A stretch of DNA of 64,000 bases from Candidatus Omnitrophota bacterium (GTDB taxonomy: Bacteria; Omnitrophota; Gorgyraeia; Duberdicusellales; 4484-171), in assembly GCA_024231025.1 (NCBI GenBank), contig JAAEQW010000312.1, positions 3,238 to 67,237 of the forward strand, read 5' to 3'. The notes beneath the pieces are model-generated. The model saw only the letters and a list, made by a program, of their open reading frames with translations, ran no database searches and was not told the DNA's origin. A program made the translations under genes and the position numbers. Of the stretch, positions 1 through 10,265 are shown one piece after another; positions within the stretch are counted from its first letter, which is position 1, and each line of letters starts with the position of its first letter.

Positions 1-741
1 TCCCTCTAATGGAACCAACGGCCGCAAATCCGGAGGAATAACCGGCAAGAGATCAAGGACCATCCACTCCGGCTTATTGTCAGAACGCCGTAGATCCTCT
101 ACAATTCCAATTCTTTTAAGCAGGCGCTTATTAGCAGATGCCTTTCCTTTAGCAATCTCAATACGCAAATTCTTACCTACTTTCACCAAATCGACTCTCT
201 TTAGAAGTTCCTTTACCGCAGGTGCACCAATGCCAATTTTTAAATCACTGCCATATTCTTTTAAAGCTTTGCGATACTCATCTTCGTTAAGAAGTTGTTT
301 CTCCTTAAACGGAGAAGAGCCCGGATCAATTACAATATGCTCTTCATAATAAACAACCTTTTCAAGCTCCTTAACGCTCATATCCAAAACCGCACCAATT
401 CGTGAGCTAACAACTTTAAAAAACCAAATATGTGTTACCGGAGCCGCTAAGTCAATGTGCGCCATCCGTTGGCGTCGCACCGAAGAGTGTATTACTTCAA
501 CACCGCAACGATCACACCGTGTACCCTTAAATTTAACACCTTTTAATTTTCCGCAGTGACACTCCCAATCTTTAGTTGGACCAAAAATTCTTTCACAAAA
601 AAGACCATCTTTTTCCGGCTTTAAAGTGCGATAATTTAAAGTTTCTGCCTTCTTTATTTCACCAGAAGACCAGCTTTTCATTACCCCAGGAGAAGCCAAT
701 TTTATGCTTATGCGATCAAAAAAACTTACTTCTTCAACCAT
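1..741 (-). CDS. rpoC: DNA-directed RNA polymerase subunit beta' (N-terminal part, gene runs off window start)
   Basis: Reverse-strand translation from ATG at 741 gives MVEEVSFFDRISIKLASPGVMKSWSSGEIKK...CHCGK...CDRCGVEV, the classic RpoC N-terminus with zinc-binding cysteines. It lies immediately downstream of rpoB. Confidence 0.9.
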   Translation of the reverse strand, partial: MVEEVSFFDRISIKLASPGVMKSWSSGEIKKAETLNYRTLKPEKDGLFCERIFGPTKDWECHCGKLKGVKFKGTRCDRCGVEVIHSSVRRQRMAHIDLAAPVTHIWFFKVVSSRIGAVLDMSVKELEKVVYYEEHIVIDPGSSPFKEKQLLNEDEYRKALKEYGSDLKIGIGAPAVKELLKRVDLVKVGKNLRIEIAKGKASANKRLLKRIGIVEDLRRSDNKPEWMVLDLLPVIPPDLRPLVPLEG

Positions 742-752
742 TAACCACTCCT

Positions 753-3700
753 TTATTTTTTCTCTTTTTCGGCCCTGACATCCAAACCAAGACCTTGCAA
801 TTCTTTAACTAAAACATTAAAAGATTCAGGCACTGAAGGTCTGAACTTCTGTTCACCCCTTACAATCGCCTCATATATGCGCGTTCTACCATCTACGTCA
901 TCACTCTTTACGGTAAGCATCTCTTGTAAACAAAATGCAGCACCATAAGCTTCCAAGGCCCAAACTTCCATTTCACCAAACCGCTGACCACCAAATTGAG
1001 CTTTTCCGCCCAAAGGTTGCTGGGTAATTAGTGAATATGGGCCAATTGCCCGAGCATGAATCTTATCATCAACCATGTGTACAAGTTTCATAATGTACAT
1101 ATATCCAACGCCAACTTTCTGCTCAAAACGTTTACCAGTTTGACCATCGAAAAGCACTACCTTTCCATCATCAGAAAGACCTGATTCTTTCAAAAGGTTC
1201 TTAACCTCAGTCTCAGTTGCTCCATCGAACACTGGCGATACCGCTCTAGCACCTAATCGTCGCGCTGCCCACCCTAAGTGCATTTCCAAAAGCTGCCCAA
1301 CATTCATTCGTGAGGGAACCCCTAAAGGATTAAGCAAAACGTCTACCGGAGTTCCATCTTCTAAATAAGGCATATCCTCTTCCGGTAACACTTTAGAAAT
1401 TACACCCTTATTTCCGTGACGTCCAGAAAGTTTATCACCCATAGAAATCTTTCTTTTCATCGCAACAAAAACAACCACTCTTTTTAAAACTCCAGTTGGA
1501 AGTTCGTCGCCTTTGCGAATTTTTGCAATTTCTAGCTCTCGCTCCATCACCAAATCCCTGAGGCGTTCATCATAAATATCAACCATCGCCTTTGCTTCAT
1601 CATTCTCTTCGCAATCACGAACAGTAATTTTGCTTTCACTTTTACCTAATATAGCTGAAAGGCGTCTACTTTTTTCGCTTTTTAAAATTTCTTCCTCTTC
1701 TTCATAGTATTTTTCAATTTCGCGTAATTTTTTAAGCTCTTCGGTTTTTTCTTTCTTCGACTTTCTTCCCCTGTCTTTACGCTGAAAAACCTCTACATTC
1801 ATTATTACGCCATATACTCCTGGGGGAACGCGCAGTGATGTGTCCTTTACATCGGCTGCTTTTTCGCCAAAAATGGCACGCAAAAGTCTTTCTTCAGGAG
1901 AAAGTTCCTTTTCAGTCTTTGGCGTTACCCGTCCAACTAGAATATCATCAGGCATAATCTCAGCACCAATACGAACCACTCCAGTATCATCTAAATTCTT
2001 TAGCGTTTCTTCGCTAACATTAGGAATATCACGTGTAATCTCTTCATTTCCAAGGCGTGTTTCTCGAGCATCAATTTCAAATTTTTCAACATGGATTGAA
2101 GTAAGAATATCGTCTTTAACTAATCTTTCGCTTATAACAATCGCATCTTCAAAATTGTATCCACGCCAAGGCATGAAAGCAACAAGCAAATTTGTTCCAA
2201 GAGCCAACTCACCATGCTGAGTTGCCATACCTTCAGCAATGATCTGTCCCTTTTTGATGTCTTCACCAACATCAACCAACGGACGCTGATTAACACTAGT
2301 GTCGGCGTTGGAACGCTCAAAAGTCTTTAATTTATAAACAAAACTTCCAATCTTGATGTGCCCTGCGTCAACTTCAATAACCTTGCCCGCCTCCTTAGCG
2401 ATAACAACGGTTCCGCTATCACGCACAATTTTTTCTTCGATCCCTGTACAAACCAATGGCCCCTCCGGAAAAAGAAGTGGCACAGATTGACGCTGCATGT
2501 TAGATCCCATAAGAGCCCGATTAGCATCATCATGTTCAAGAAAAGGAATCAAAGTTGCTGAAACAGAAATAATTTGCTGTGGCGAAACATCCATAAACTC
2601 AATATCTTTGGTCTTCAACTTTGGAAACTTACCTTTATATCGAGCATAAATTTCTTTATCTTTTATTTTTCCATCATCTCCAATATTTGGAGTAACTTGG
2701 GCTATCGCACTATTTTCTTCCTCATCGCTAGAAAAATATTCCGCTTTATCAGAAACAATTCCTTTCTCCACCCTACGATAAGGAGTAGTAAGAAAACCCA
2801 ACGGATTAACCTTTACATAAGTGGTTAGAGAAGAAAGAAGTCCAATATTCGCTCCTTCTGGTGTTTCAATTGGACAAATTCTACCGTAATGAGTAGGATG
2901 AACGTCTCGCACTTCAAAACCAGCTCTTTCTCTGGATAATCCACCGGGACCCATCGCCGACAATCTCCTCTTATGAGTCATTTCGGCTAAAGGATTTGTT
3001 TGATCCATAAACTGTGAAAGCGGTGAACGACCAAAGAAATCCTGAATCTGCGTAGAAAACGCGCGAGAATTAATAAGATGCTGAATTGAAAAATCACTGT
3101 TGGAAGAAACTAACGAATATCTTTCAAGAAAAGTTCTCTCAACGCGTAGCAACCCAACCCGCACTTGGTGTTGCAGTAATTCGCCAATTAATTTCACTCG
3201 TCTATTAGACAAATGATCAATATCATCGGTATCTCTTTTACCAGCTTTAACTTCCAGTAAATTCTTTACAATTGAGATAATTGTTGGTAGATCTATAACT
3301 CTCTTTGTCAAAGGCAAATTCATACCAAGCTTTTTGTTAAGTAAATACCTACCAACTCTCCCTAAATCATAACGGCGCCCATCTAAAAACATTCTACGAA
3401 AAACTTCTTTAGCCGCCTCTAATGTAATCGGTTCAGTGGGTCGCATTTTTTTATAAAAATCAAGAAATGCTTCTTCGGTGCTGGTTGTTGAATCTTTCTT
3501 GATTGTGTTTACCAGTTCAGGGTAAGGTTTATCAGAAAAATGATTATAGATGCTATCGGTACTAGATAGACCCATAATCCTTAAAACCATTGTCGCAGGA
3601 AAAGTTTTCCTTCGATCAATAATGGCTGTTATGGTATCGTTAATGTCTGTTCTAAATTCAAGCCAATAACCACGATAAGGTATGATGCGTGCAAAATAAA

Positions 3701-4175
3701 TTCGTTTACCAGTAGGATGAAGATCCTCTTCAAAAAACACTCCCGGAGAACGCTGTAGCTGATTAACAATACTTCTCTCATCGCCATTAATAATAAAGGA
3801 TGCTACATCAGTCATCAATGGCACATCACCTAAATAAATTTCTTGCTCTCTGATGTCCTTCTCCGGACCAACCAATCTAACACGAACCCTTAAGGGTGCA
3901 GCATAGCTTTGGGATCTTCTTACGCACTCTTCTACGCTATAACGCGAACGCCCTATAGCATAAGAAAGAAATTCTAACCGATACTGCTTGTCAGGGCTTT
4001 CCATTGGAAAAACTTCTTCCATGACCTCCTGTAGACCGACCCTTTTTCTTTTTTCCGGTAAGACATCGGCTTGCAGAAACTCTTTAAAAGAGTGCAGCTG
4101 ATGATCAAGAAGATGGGGCATCGAATGATGACTCTTCTTAACCTTCGCGAAAGATAGTTTTTTTATTTTTTTCAA
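753..4175 (-). CDS. rpoB: DNA-directed RNA polymerase subunit beta
   Basis: 1140 aa ORF with hallmark RpoB segments (FGEMEVWALEAYGAA, GRHGNKGVISKV, NVGQLLE). Conserved rpoB-rpoC order. Confidence 0.95.
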   Translation of the reverse strand: MKKIKKLSFAKVKKSHHSMPHLLDHQLHSFKEFLQADVLPEKRKRVGLQEVMEEVFPMESPDKQYRLEFLSYAIGRSRYSVEECVRRSQSYAAPLRVRVRLVGPEKDIREQEIYLGDVPLMTDVASFIINGDERSIVNQLQRSPGVFFEEDLHPTGKRIYFARIIPYRGYWLEFRTDINDTITAIIDRRKTFPATMVLRIMGLSSTDSIYNHFSDKPYPELVNTIKKDSTTSTEEAFLDFYKKMRPTEPITLEAAKEVFRRMFLDGRRYDLGRVGRYLLNKKLGMNLPLTKRVIDLPTIISIVKNLLEVKAGKRDTDDIDHLSNRRVKLIGELLQHQVRVGLLRVERTFLERYSLVSSNSDFSIQHLINSRAFSTQIQDFFGRSPLSQFMDQTNPLAEMTHKRRLSAMGPGGLSRERAGFEVRDVHPTHYGRICPIETPEGANIGLLSSLTTYVKVNPLGFLTTPYRRVEKGIVSDKAEYFSSDEEENSAIAQVTPNIGDDGKIKDKEIYARYKGKFPKLKTKDIEFMDVSPQQIISVSATLIPFLEHDDANRALMGSNMQRQSVPLLFPEGPLVCTGIEEKIVRDSGTVVIAKEAGKVIEVDAGHIKIGSFVYKLKTFERSNADTSVNQRPLVDVGEDIKKGQIIAEGMATQHGELALGTNLLVAFMPWRGYNFEDAIVISERLVKDDILTSIHVEKFEIDARETRLGNEEITRDIPNVSEETLKNLDDTGVVRIGAEIMPDDILVGRVTPKTEKELSPEERLLRAIFGEKAADVKDTSLRVPPGVYGVIMNVEVFQRKDRGRKSKKEKTEELKKLREIEKYYEEEEEILKSEKSRRLSAILGKSESKITVRDCEENDEAKAMVDIYDERLRDLVMERELEIAKIRKGDELPTGVLKRVVVFVAMKRKISMGDKLSGRHGNKGVISKVLPEEDMPYLEDGTPVDVLLNPLGVPSRMNVGQLLEMHLGWAARRLGARAVSPVFDGATETEVKNLLKESGLSDDGKVVLFDGQTGKRFEQKVGVGYMYIMKLVHMVDDKIHARAIGPYSLITQQPLGGKAQFGGQRFGEMEVWALEAYGAAFCLQEMLTVKSDDVDGRTRIYEAIVRGEQKFRPSVPESFNVLVKELQGLGLDVRAEKEKK

Positions 4176-4335
4176 ATTATCCCCCTAATATATCATCAAG
4201 CACAAACTGGGTTATACCTGATTTCAAGAATTACTAATAGACCGCAAAAACTAAATTGCCGATCATTGCAATCTTTTCTCTAACCTATACAACCAAAGCA
4301 CCTTACTGTATTGTTAATCGTAGGATGTCTAAGGG

Positions 4336-4710
4336 TTACTTCAACTCAACGCTTGCTCCAGCAGCCTCAAGTTTCTTTTTGATTTCTTCGGCTTCTTCCT
4401 TACCAACATTTTCCTTAACTGGCTTCGGAGCAGAATCAACCAACCCTTTAGCTTCTTTCAGACCAAGTTCAGTAATTACTCGAACTTCTTTAATTACTGC
4501 TATTTTGTTTGCGCCCGCACCGGTTAGAACAACTGAAAAAGAAGTTTTTTCCTCGACCTCTTCTTCTGCGCCTGCACCGCCGGCTGCTACAGCAGCAACG
4601 GGTGCGCTAGCTGAAACACCAAACTTTTCTTCACAAGCCTTTACTAATTCCGAAAGCTCTAAAACTGTCATTCCCTCCAATATGCCCATCATTTCTTCTA
4701 CTTTTGACAT
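4336..4710 (-). CDS. rplL: 50S ribosomal protein L7/L12
   Basis: 124 aa, Ala/Glu-rich hinge and C-terminal domain [12 protein letters not shown]. Confidence 0.93.
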   Translation of the reverse strand: MSKVEEMMGILEGMTVLELSELVKACEEKFGVSASAPVAAVAAGGAGAEEEVEEKTSFSVVLTGAGANKIAVIKEVRVITELGLKEAKGLVDSAPKPVKENVGKEEAEEIKKKLEAAGASVELK

Positions 4711-4774
4711 AACGCCCTCCTAATTTGATCTTTGATTATCTAATTCCTAAAAAACTCGCGCTCTTAAGCATCCT

Positions 4775-5302
4775 TTAGTCTTTCTTTTTTTTAATTTCTT
4801 CCACTGTCCAAACAAACTTTAAAATAACTTGATTCATTGCGGCCATAAAACCCGTTAATGGAGAAGCAATCCCACCTAAGGCTTGCGCTAAAAGCACTTC
4901 CTTAGAAGGAAGTTTAGCTAATGCTGTCATCTCCTTAGAATCAACTTTTTTACTCTTTAAAAACCCACCTTTGATCTCTAAGCGCTCATTCTCTTTTGCA
5001 AAATCAACCAACGTCTTACACGCCCCAACAACATCCTCATCACGAACAAATATAACGCCGGTCTCTTTGCCTAAAAGAGTAGCAGTCTCATCAAAACCTA
5101 AATCGTTAAACGCCTTTTCAAACAATGAGTTCTTTGCAACAAAAACCCTTGCACCAGCTTTTCTCAAATCATTGCGCACTGCACTAAGGGAAGATGCCTT
5201 AACCTTATTGAAATTAATAAAAAAACAAGCATTCGCCCCATCGGCCTTCTCTTTTATTTCCCCAACTATCTGCTCTCTTACTACCAAACCTAAGCTTTTC
5301 AT
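4775..5302 (-). CDS. rplJ: 50S ribosomal protein L10
   Basis: 175 aa, position between rplA and rplL, L10-like sequence. Confidence 0.9.
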   Translation of the reverse strand: MKSLGLVVREQIVGEIKEKADGANACFFINFNKVKASSLSAVRNDLRKAGARVFVAKNSLFEKAFNDLGFDETATLLGKETGVIFVRDEDVVGACKTLVDFAKENERLEIKGGFLKSKKVDSKEMTALAKLPSKEVLLAQALGGIASPLTGFMAAMNQVILKFVWTVEEIKKKKD

Positions 5303-5979
5303 AATAACACCTTCACTGATGGCCCCATCGTGCTAGAGAGAAAAATATTCCTCATCAAATCACCTTTTGCCGATGGTGGCTTTGCGGCATTCAACGCACC
5401 AATGAAAGCATTTATGTTTTCAATTAATGCGTCTTTGGTAAACGAAAGTTTACCTAAGCCAGCATGGATACAACCGAACTTATCCATACGAAAATCTATC
5501 TTACCTCTTTTTGCTTCTTTAATTGCTAAGGTTACATTCGGAGTTACTGATCCTGTCTTCGGAGAAGGCATGAGCCCTCGAGGACCAAGCACTCTTCCCA
5601 TTTTACTCACTTCTTTCATCATCGATGGGGTTGCAATACAATAATCAAATTCGAACCAACCCTCTTTTACGATCTTATCAATTATTTCGCTTGACCCTAT
5701 ATAATCGGCCCCTGCTTCCTTAGCTTCATTTTCTTGATCCGGTTCACAAAAAACCAATACCTTGACTTTCTTACCGATACCATTGGGAAGAACAATCGAG
5801 CCTCTTACCATCTGATCCGACTGCTTAGGGTCAACACTTAATTGACAACTAAACTCCAAAGTTTCATCAAACTTAGCAACCGGCATGCTCTTTAAAGCAT
5901 CAACCGCTGTCTCGACTGAAAAACTCTTATCTTTACCCGCCAATTTTTCTGAGTCTTTATATCTCTTGCTACTTTTCAT
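5299..5979 (-). CDS. rplA: 50S ribosomal protein L1
   Basis: 226 aa, L1 motifs (GPRGLMPSPKTGTV), 4-nt overlap with rplJ. Confidence 0.92.
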   Translation of the reverse strand: MKSSKRYKDSEKLAGKDKSFSVETAVDALKSMPVAKFDETLEFSCQLSVDPKQSDQMVRGSIVLPNGIGKKVKVLVFCEPDQENEAKEAGADYIGSSEIIDKIVKEGWFEFDYCIATPSMMKEVSKMGRVLGPRGLMPSPKTGSVTPNVTLAIKEAKRGKIDFRMDKFGCIHAGLGKLSFTKDALIENINAFIGALNAAKPPSAKGDLMRNIFLSSTMGPSVKVLL

Positions 5980-6015
5980 AACAACCTCATTTCGCCCCGT
6001 AAGGTGCTTACAGGA

Positions 6016-6453
6016 TTATTCCTTAACTTTTATTCCGCAACTACGCGCGGTACCAGCAATAATCTTTGCCGCCATTTCAATATCTACAGTATTCAAATCC
6101 GGCATTTTTTCTTTCGCGATCTCTAAAACCTGCTCTTTTGTGATTTCCCCAATAATTTCCTTGCCAGCTTGTCCGCTAGCTTTGGCCAAATTAGCAGCTC
6201 TTTTAATAAGCACTGCCGCTGGCGGCGTTTTCACTATAAAATCAAATGACTTATCATCATAGACACTGATTACAACCGGAAGAATAACGCCTTCTTTCTG
6301 CTTTGTGGCTTCATTAAAAGCTTTGCAAAACTGCATAATATTAACACCATGCTGACCCAAAGCCGGACCAACTGGCGGCGCAGGATTCGCACTTCCTGCA
6401 GGAATTTGTAATTTTATCAGATTAGCTGGTTTTTTCTTTTTTCTCTTTGCCAT
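6016..6453 (-). CDS. rplK: 50S ribosomal protein L11
   Basis: 145 aa, L11 N-terminal motif [30 protein letters not shown]. Confidence 0.95.
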   Translation of the reverse strand: MAKRKKKKPANLIKLQIPAGSANPAPPVGPALGQHGVNIMQFCKAFNEATKQKEGVILPVVISVYDDKSFDFIVKTPPAAVLIKRAANLAKASGQAGKEIIGEITKEQVLEIAKEKMPDLNTVDIEMAAKIIAGTARSCGIKVKE

Positions 6454-6515
6454 GACTGCCTCTTTCCTTGCAATTTACAAGGGACGTGATAAATCTTGCC
6501 CCTACGCGCAATTTA

Positions 6516-7043
6516 TTAAATTTTTTCTACCTGCCAAAATTCCAGCTCCACAGGAGTAGTTCTGCCGAAGATAGAAACGCTCACTTTTAACTTTCCTTTT
6601 TCAGGGTAAATTTCATCAACAAGACCATTGAAATTAATGAATGGTCCCTCGATAACTCGCACGCTTTCGTTTTTCTCAAAATTAACTTTTGGTGCAGGCT
6701 TAGCCTTACTTTCTTCAGCCCTGCAGAGTATCGTGTCAACCTCATCCTGAGAAACAGGTGACGGCTTACGCTTTGGTCCAATGAAAGTTGTAATGCCTGG
6801 TGTCTTTCTTACAAAAAGCCACGTATCATCATTCATTTCCATATAGATGAGAATATAGCCCGGAAAAAATTTACGTTCTAAGACACGTTTTTTGCCAAGC
6901 TTCACTTCGGTAACTTGCTCTTTAGGAATAACGACTTTTTCAATTAATTCCTGATTACCCTGAGCCTTTATACGAGCATCAAGGTTAGCTTTTGATTTTT
7001 CTTCAGCGCCACTTAACGTGTGTAGAATGTACCACTGTTTCAT
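6516..7043 (-). CDS. nusG: transcription termination/antitermination factor NusG
   Basis: 175 aa, NGN domain (WYILHTLSGAE) and KOW motif (GPFINFNGLVDEI), located between secE and rplK. Confidence 0.92.
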   Translation of the reverse strand: MKQWYILHTLSGAEEKSKANLDARIKAQGNQELIEKVVIPKEQVTEVKLGKKRVLERKFFPGYILIYMEMNDDTWLFVRKTPGITTFIGPKRKPSPVSQDEVDTILCRAEESKAKPAPKVNFEKNESVRVIEGPFINFNGLVDEIYPEKGKLKVSVSIFGRTTPVELEFWQVEKI

Positions 7044-7045
7044 GC

Positions 7046-7240
7046 TTACTTTAATAAGAATTGCACCAGCTTAGAAAATCCTAAATCAATACTGGCTATA
7101 TAGATTGTTAAAAACGTTGACATCACAACCACAAGGATTACCGCGCTAATCAACTCACGCCGAGATGACCAATGCACTTTTTTCAGCTCTTCATGAACTT
7201 CTTTAAAAAATTTCGGGATTTTTTTTAATTTTTTAATCAT
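7046..7240 (-). CDS. secE: preprotein translocase subunit SecE
   Basis: 64 aa single-TM protein (ELKKVHWSSRRELISAVILVVVMSTFLTIYI) immediately upstream of nusG. Confidence 0.85.
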   Translation of the reverse strand: MIKKLKKIPKFFKEVHEELKKVHWSSRRELISAVILVVVMSTFLTIYIASIDLGFSKLVQFLLK

Positions 7241-7268
7241 TTTCTTTCCTATATATGGTTTTAATAAC

Positions 7269-7341
7269 CAGGCGAGGTAGGAATCGAACCTACAACCCTC
7301 GGTTTTGGAGACCGATGCTCTGCCAATTGAGCCACTCGCCT
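7269..7341 (-). tRNA. tRNA-Trp (anticodon CCA)
   Basis: Reverse complement AGGCGAGTGGCTCAATTGGCAGAGCATCGGTCTCCAAAACCGAGGGTTGTAGGTTCGATTCCTACCTCGCCTG has cloverleaf arms, anticodon loop CTCCAAA and T-loop GGTTCGATTCC. Canonical position between secE and rpmG. Confidence 0.9.
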
Positions 7342-7409
7342 ACCAAGTCATAAGTGATAAGTCATAAGCAGTAAAGCAAGCTACAACTTACGACTAAACA
7401 AATTACGAT

Positions 7410-7562
7410 CTAAACCTTCGCTTCTTTGTGAACTATATATTTACGGCAAAAGCGACAAAATTTATTAACTTCCATTTTTTCAGGATGCTTTCTTTTATTC
7501 TTCGTAGAAAAATAATTTTTCCTTTTACACTCGCCACACCGTAATGCAATTAATTCTCTCAT
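7410..7562 (-). CDS. rpmG: 50S ribosomal protein L33
   Basis: Unlisted 50 aa ORF MRELIALRCGECKRKNYFSTKNKRKHPEKMEVNKFCRFCRKYIVHKEAKV with the zinc-ribbon C-x2-C...C-x2-C of L33. Expected location upstream of secE. Confidence 0.85.
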   Translation of the reverse strand: MRELIALRCGECKRKNYFSTKNKRKHPEKMEVNKFCRFCRKYIVHKEAKV

Positions 7563-7693
7563 AATAGGTTAGATAAAGTATAGTAGAAAGAGGTTACAGA
7601 TCCCCCTCCCCACTCATTGTGAGTATTTTGTTTTCCCCTTAATTATTTACATTGTCCGCAACCAGAAACAAATGGCTTCTGCGATAATTAATT

Positions 7694-7766
7694 AGCCTGG
7701 AACGGGAATTGAACCCATGACCTCATCGTTACCAACGATGTGCTCTACCAACTGAGCTATCCAGGC
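7694..7766 (-). tRNA. tRNA-Thr (anticodon GGT)
   Basis: Reverse complement GCCTGGATAGCTCAGTTGGTAGAGCACATCGTTGGTAACGATGAGGTCATGGGTTCAATTCCCGTTCCAGGC, anticodon loop TTGGTAA, 73 nt. Confidence 0.9.
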
Positions 7767-7941
7767 ACCTGATAATGCACACCGTTCTATCAACTAAACT
7801 ATTCAGACGATCATCGTTCAAACACGCATACCGGAAACAGACTGTATAATGATACTATAAAGCCTTTCTTTGTCAAGAAAAAAAATGATTTTTTTTTGAA
7901 AAAAATCGCTGCCCAGAAAGGGACTAACTTCTCATAGATGT

Positions 7942-9987
7942 TCAGGTAGGCCTGAGCCCTACAATGGTTTTAAATTCTTCCTCGTTGACTATGGGAATAT
8001 TCAATTTTTTAGCCTTCGCGTGCTTCGATCCTGGATTTTTACCCACGACTAAGTAATCAACATTTTTACTAATACTCGTTGTACATTTACCGGCTTTCGC
8101 CTCAACCGCTGCTTTTGCATTAGAACGAGAAAAATCAATAAGCTCACCAGTAAAAACAAATACTTTTCCTTTTAAATCGTTGTCGATAATTGTTTTCTCT
8201 GCGGCAACAAGTTTTAATCCCAATTTAGAAAAAAGTTGAATCATTTTTTTTATTTTTGTGGATGAAAAAAATTCCACTATTGAAGCAGCCATAACTGGGC
8301 CGATCTCATCAATGACCTCGAGCTCATTTTTATTCAACCCAAAAAACTTATCAATACTTTTAAATCGATTAGCAAGCAACATGGCAGCTCTCTCACCAAC
8401 ATGTTTTATCCCTAAACCATAGAGAACCTTCGACAACGGCTGTTCTTTACTTTTCTTAATTGCCCTAACTAAATTGTCTGCTCGTTTTTCCTTAAAAAGA
8501 GGCAGCTTTAAAAAATCTGCCTTTTCCAATTTATAAATATCAACAATTTGACCGACCATGCCAATATCCACCAAAGCATCAACTACGCTTTTGCCCATTC
8601 CTTCAATGTCCATTGCCCCACGAGAAGCAAAATGCCATAATGAACGTTTTATTTGAGCTGGACAATCAGGATTAGGACAATAAATGTAAACCCCATAAAA
8701 ACTCTTATCCTTGCCAAGACAAGTATTATCACTTTTTTCTTTTACGCTTAAAGTCTTACAAATCGGACACCTCCGAGGAGCCACAAATTTTACTTCTTTA
8801 CCGGTGCGCTTTGACGTTATCACTTTAACTATCTTAGGAATAACATCGCCCGAACGCTGCAGTAATATTGTATCCCCAATGCGCACATCGAGACGATTAA
8901 CCTCATCAAAGTTGTGCAACGTAGCCCGAGATATCATAACCCCCGCACATTCCACCGGCGTAAGATTCGCAACCGGAGTAAGAATGCCGGTTCTGCCTAC
9001 TTGAATCGATACGCTTACCACTTTCGTGGTGGTTTGATGAGCAGGAAATTTATAAGCTACTGCCCAGCGAGGCGATTTCGATGTAGCCCCCAATTCTTTC
9101 TGTTGATTAAAATCATTTACCTTAACTACCACTCCATCAACTTCATAATCTAAATTATCACGCCGCGTTTGCCAATAAAGACAATACTCTATTACCTCTT
9201 GTATGTTTCTACACACCTTATTCGCCGGATTAACACGCAAGCCCCATGTTTTTATCTTATTCAGAAAATCATTTTGCTTGGCGAAACCGCCGCCCTGCAT
9301 CCATCCAAAAGAATGCATAAAACAATTTAAATTTCTTTCAGGTAAAGACGAACTATCTAAAAGTTTTAAGGATCCGCTTGTAGCATTTCTTGGATTTGCG
9401 AACGGAGGGTCTCCACGCTTACTTCTTTGTCGGTTAAGATTGTTGAAATCAGTTTTCTGCATATATATTTCTCCACGAACCTCAAAAAATTTCGATAGAC
9501 TATCGCCACGAAGTTTTAAAGGAATTGATTTAATCGCACGAATGTTTGCAGTTACATCTTCACCAATTTGACCATCACCTCTGGTAGCACCCAAAATGAG
9601 TGCTCCGTCTTGATAAGTTAGCGAACAACTAACGCCATCAATCTTAAGTTCAACCATATACTCAAACGCCACATCACGCTTTATAGCCCGCTTTATTCTG
9701 CTTTCCCACTCTTTTAGCTCATCTATCGAATAAGTGTTATCTAGTGAGAGCATCTTCTCGCGATGGCTCACGGTAGAAAACCCTTCCAAAACTCCACCGG
9801 AAACTCTCTGCGTAGGAGAGTCATTAGTGATAAATTCCGGATGCTTCTCTTCTAAAGATTGAAGATTTTTGAAAAGTTCGTCATATTCTTTATCAGAAAT
9901 TTCCGGATCACTAATAACATAATAGCGCCAATCGTGATGCCGAATCGATTCCCGCAGTTTTTGTATTTGTTTTTCTACACTATTCAT
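7942..9987 (-). CDS. ligA: NAD-dependent DNA ligase
   Basis: 681 aa, adenylation motif KIDGVSCSLTY (KxDG), Zn-finger cysteines, HhH and C-terminal BRCT region. Confidence 0.93.
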   Translation of the reverse strand: MNSVEKQIQKLRESIRHHDWRYYVISDPEISDKEYDELFKNLQSLEEKHPEFITNDSPTQRVSGGVLEGFSTVSHREKMLSLDNTYSIDELKEWESRIKRAIKRDVAFEYMVELKIDGVSCSLTYQDGALILGATRGDGQIGEDVTANIRAIKSIPLKLRGDSLSKFFEVRGEIYMQKTDFNNLNRQRSKRGDPPFANPRNATSGSLKLLDSSSLPERNLNCFMHSFGWMQGGGFAKQNDFLNKIKTWGLRVNPANKVCRNIQEVIEYCLYWQTRRDNLDYEVDGVVVKVNDFNQQKELGATSKSPRWAVAYKFPAHQTTTKVVSVSIQVGRTGILTPVANLTPVECAGVMISRATLHNFDEVNRLDVRIGDTILLQRSGDVIPKIVKVITSKRTGKEVKFVAPRRCPICKTLSVKEKSDNTCLGKDKSFYGVYIYCPNPDCPAQIKRSLWHFASRGAMDIEGMGKSVVDALVDIGMVGQIVDIYKLEKADFLKLPLFKEKRADNLVRAIKKSKEQPLSKVLYGLGIKHVGERAAMLLANRFKSIDKFFGLNKNELEVIDEIGPVMAASIVEFFSSTKIKKMIQLFSKLGLKLVAAEKTIIDNDLKGKVFVFTGELIDFSRSNAKAAVEAKAGKCTTSISKNVDYLVVGKNPGSKHAKAKKLNIPIVNEEEFKTIVGLRPT

Positions 9988-9989
9988 AA

Positions 9990-10265
9990 TTAAAACAAAA
10001 TCCGAAAATCATCAAGATCACTTAATAAATCCTGCTCATTAACAGAGCAATCAACTATACCTCTACCAAAAACATCTTTTAGATCCTGCAAAAAAACCGC
10101 TAACTTCTTTTGCTCTCCTTTGGCGATAGCCTCAACTCTTCCATCGGGCAAATTTTTTACCCAACCCTTTATGCGATAACGATTAGCCAAATCACGTGTA
10201 GTAAAACGAAAACCAACCCCCTGAACGGCACCGGCAAAAAATATATGATAACACTTATCCATCAT
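9990..10265 (-). CDS. acyP: acylphosphatase
   Basis: Internal Met start ([45 protein letters not shown]) gives about 91 aa matching the acylphosphatase signature VQGVGFR...GWV.N..DG.V. The longer upstream extension in the ORF track is probably not translated. Confidence 0.8.
   Translation of the reverse strand: MMDKCYHIFFAGAVQGVGFRFTTRDLANRYRIKGWVKNLPDGRVEAIAKGEQKKLAVFLQDLKDVFGRGIVDCSVNEQDLLSDLDDFRILF

Noticed and set aside
1840-2828. Plus-strand ORFs of 60-130 aa inside rpoB (for example 1840..2220, 2358..2561, 2574..2828)
   Set aside because: Antisense to a highly conserved gene, low-complexity Ser/Ile-rich translations, no start context. Typical shadow ORFs.
4256-4723. 155-aa plus-strand ORF overlapping rplL
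   Set aside because: Antisense shadow of the Ala/Glu-rich rplL; Ser/Ala/Pro low-complexity product.
7767-7941. Expected tuf/fusA downstream of tRNA-Thr
   Set aside because: Not present; ligA follows instead. This is simply a lineage-specific arrangement, not a missing feature.
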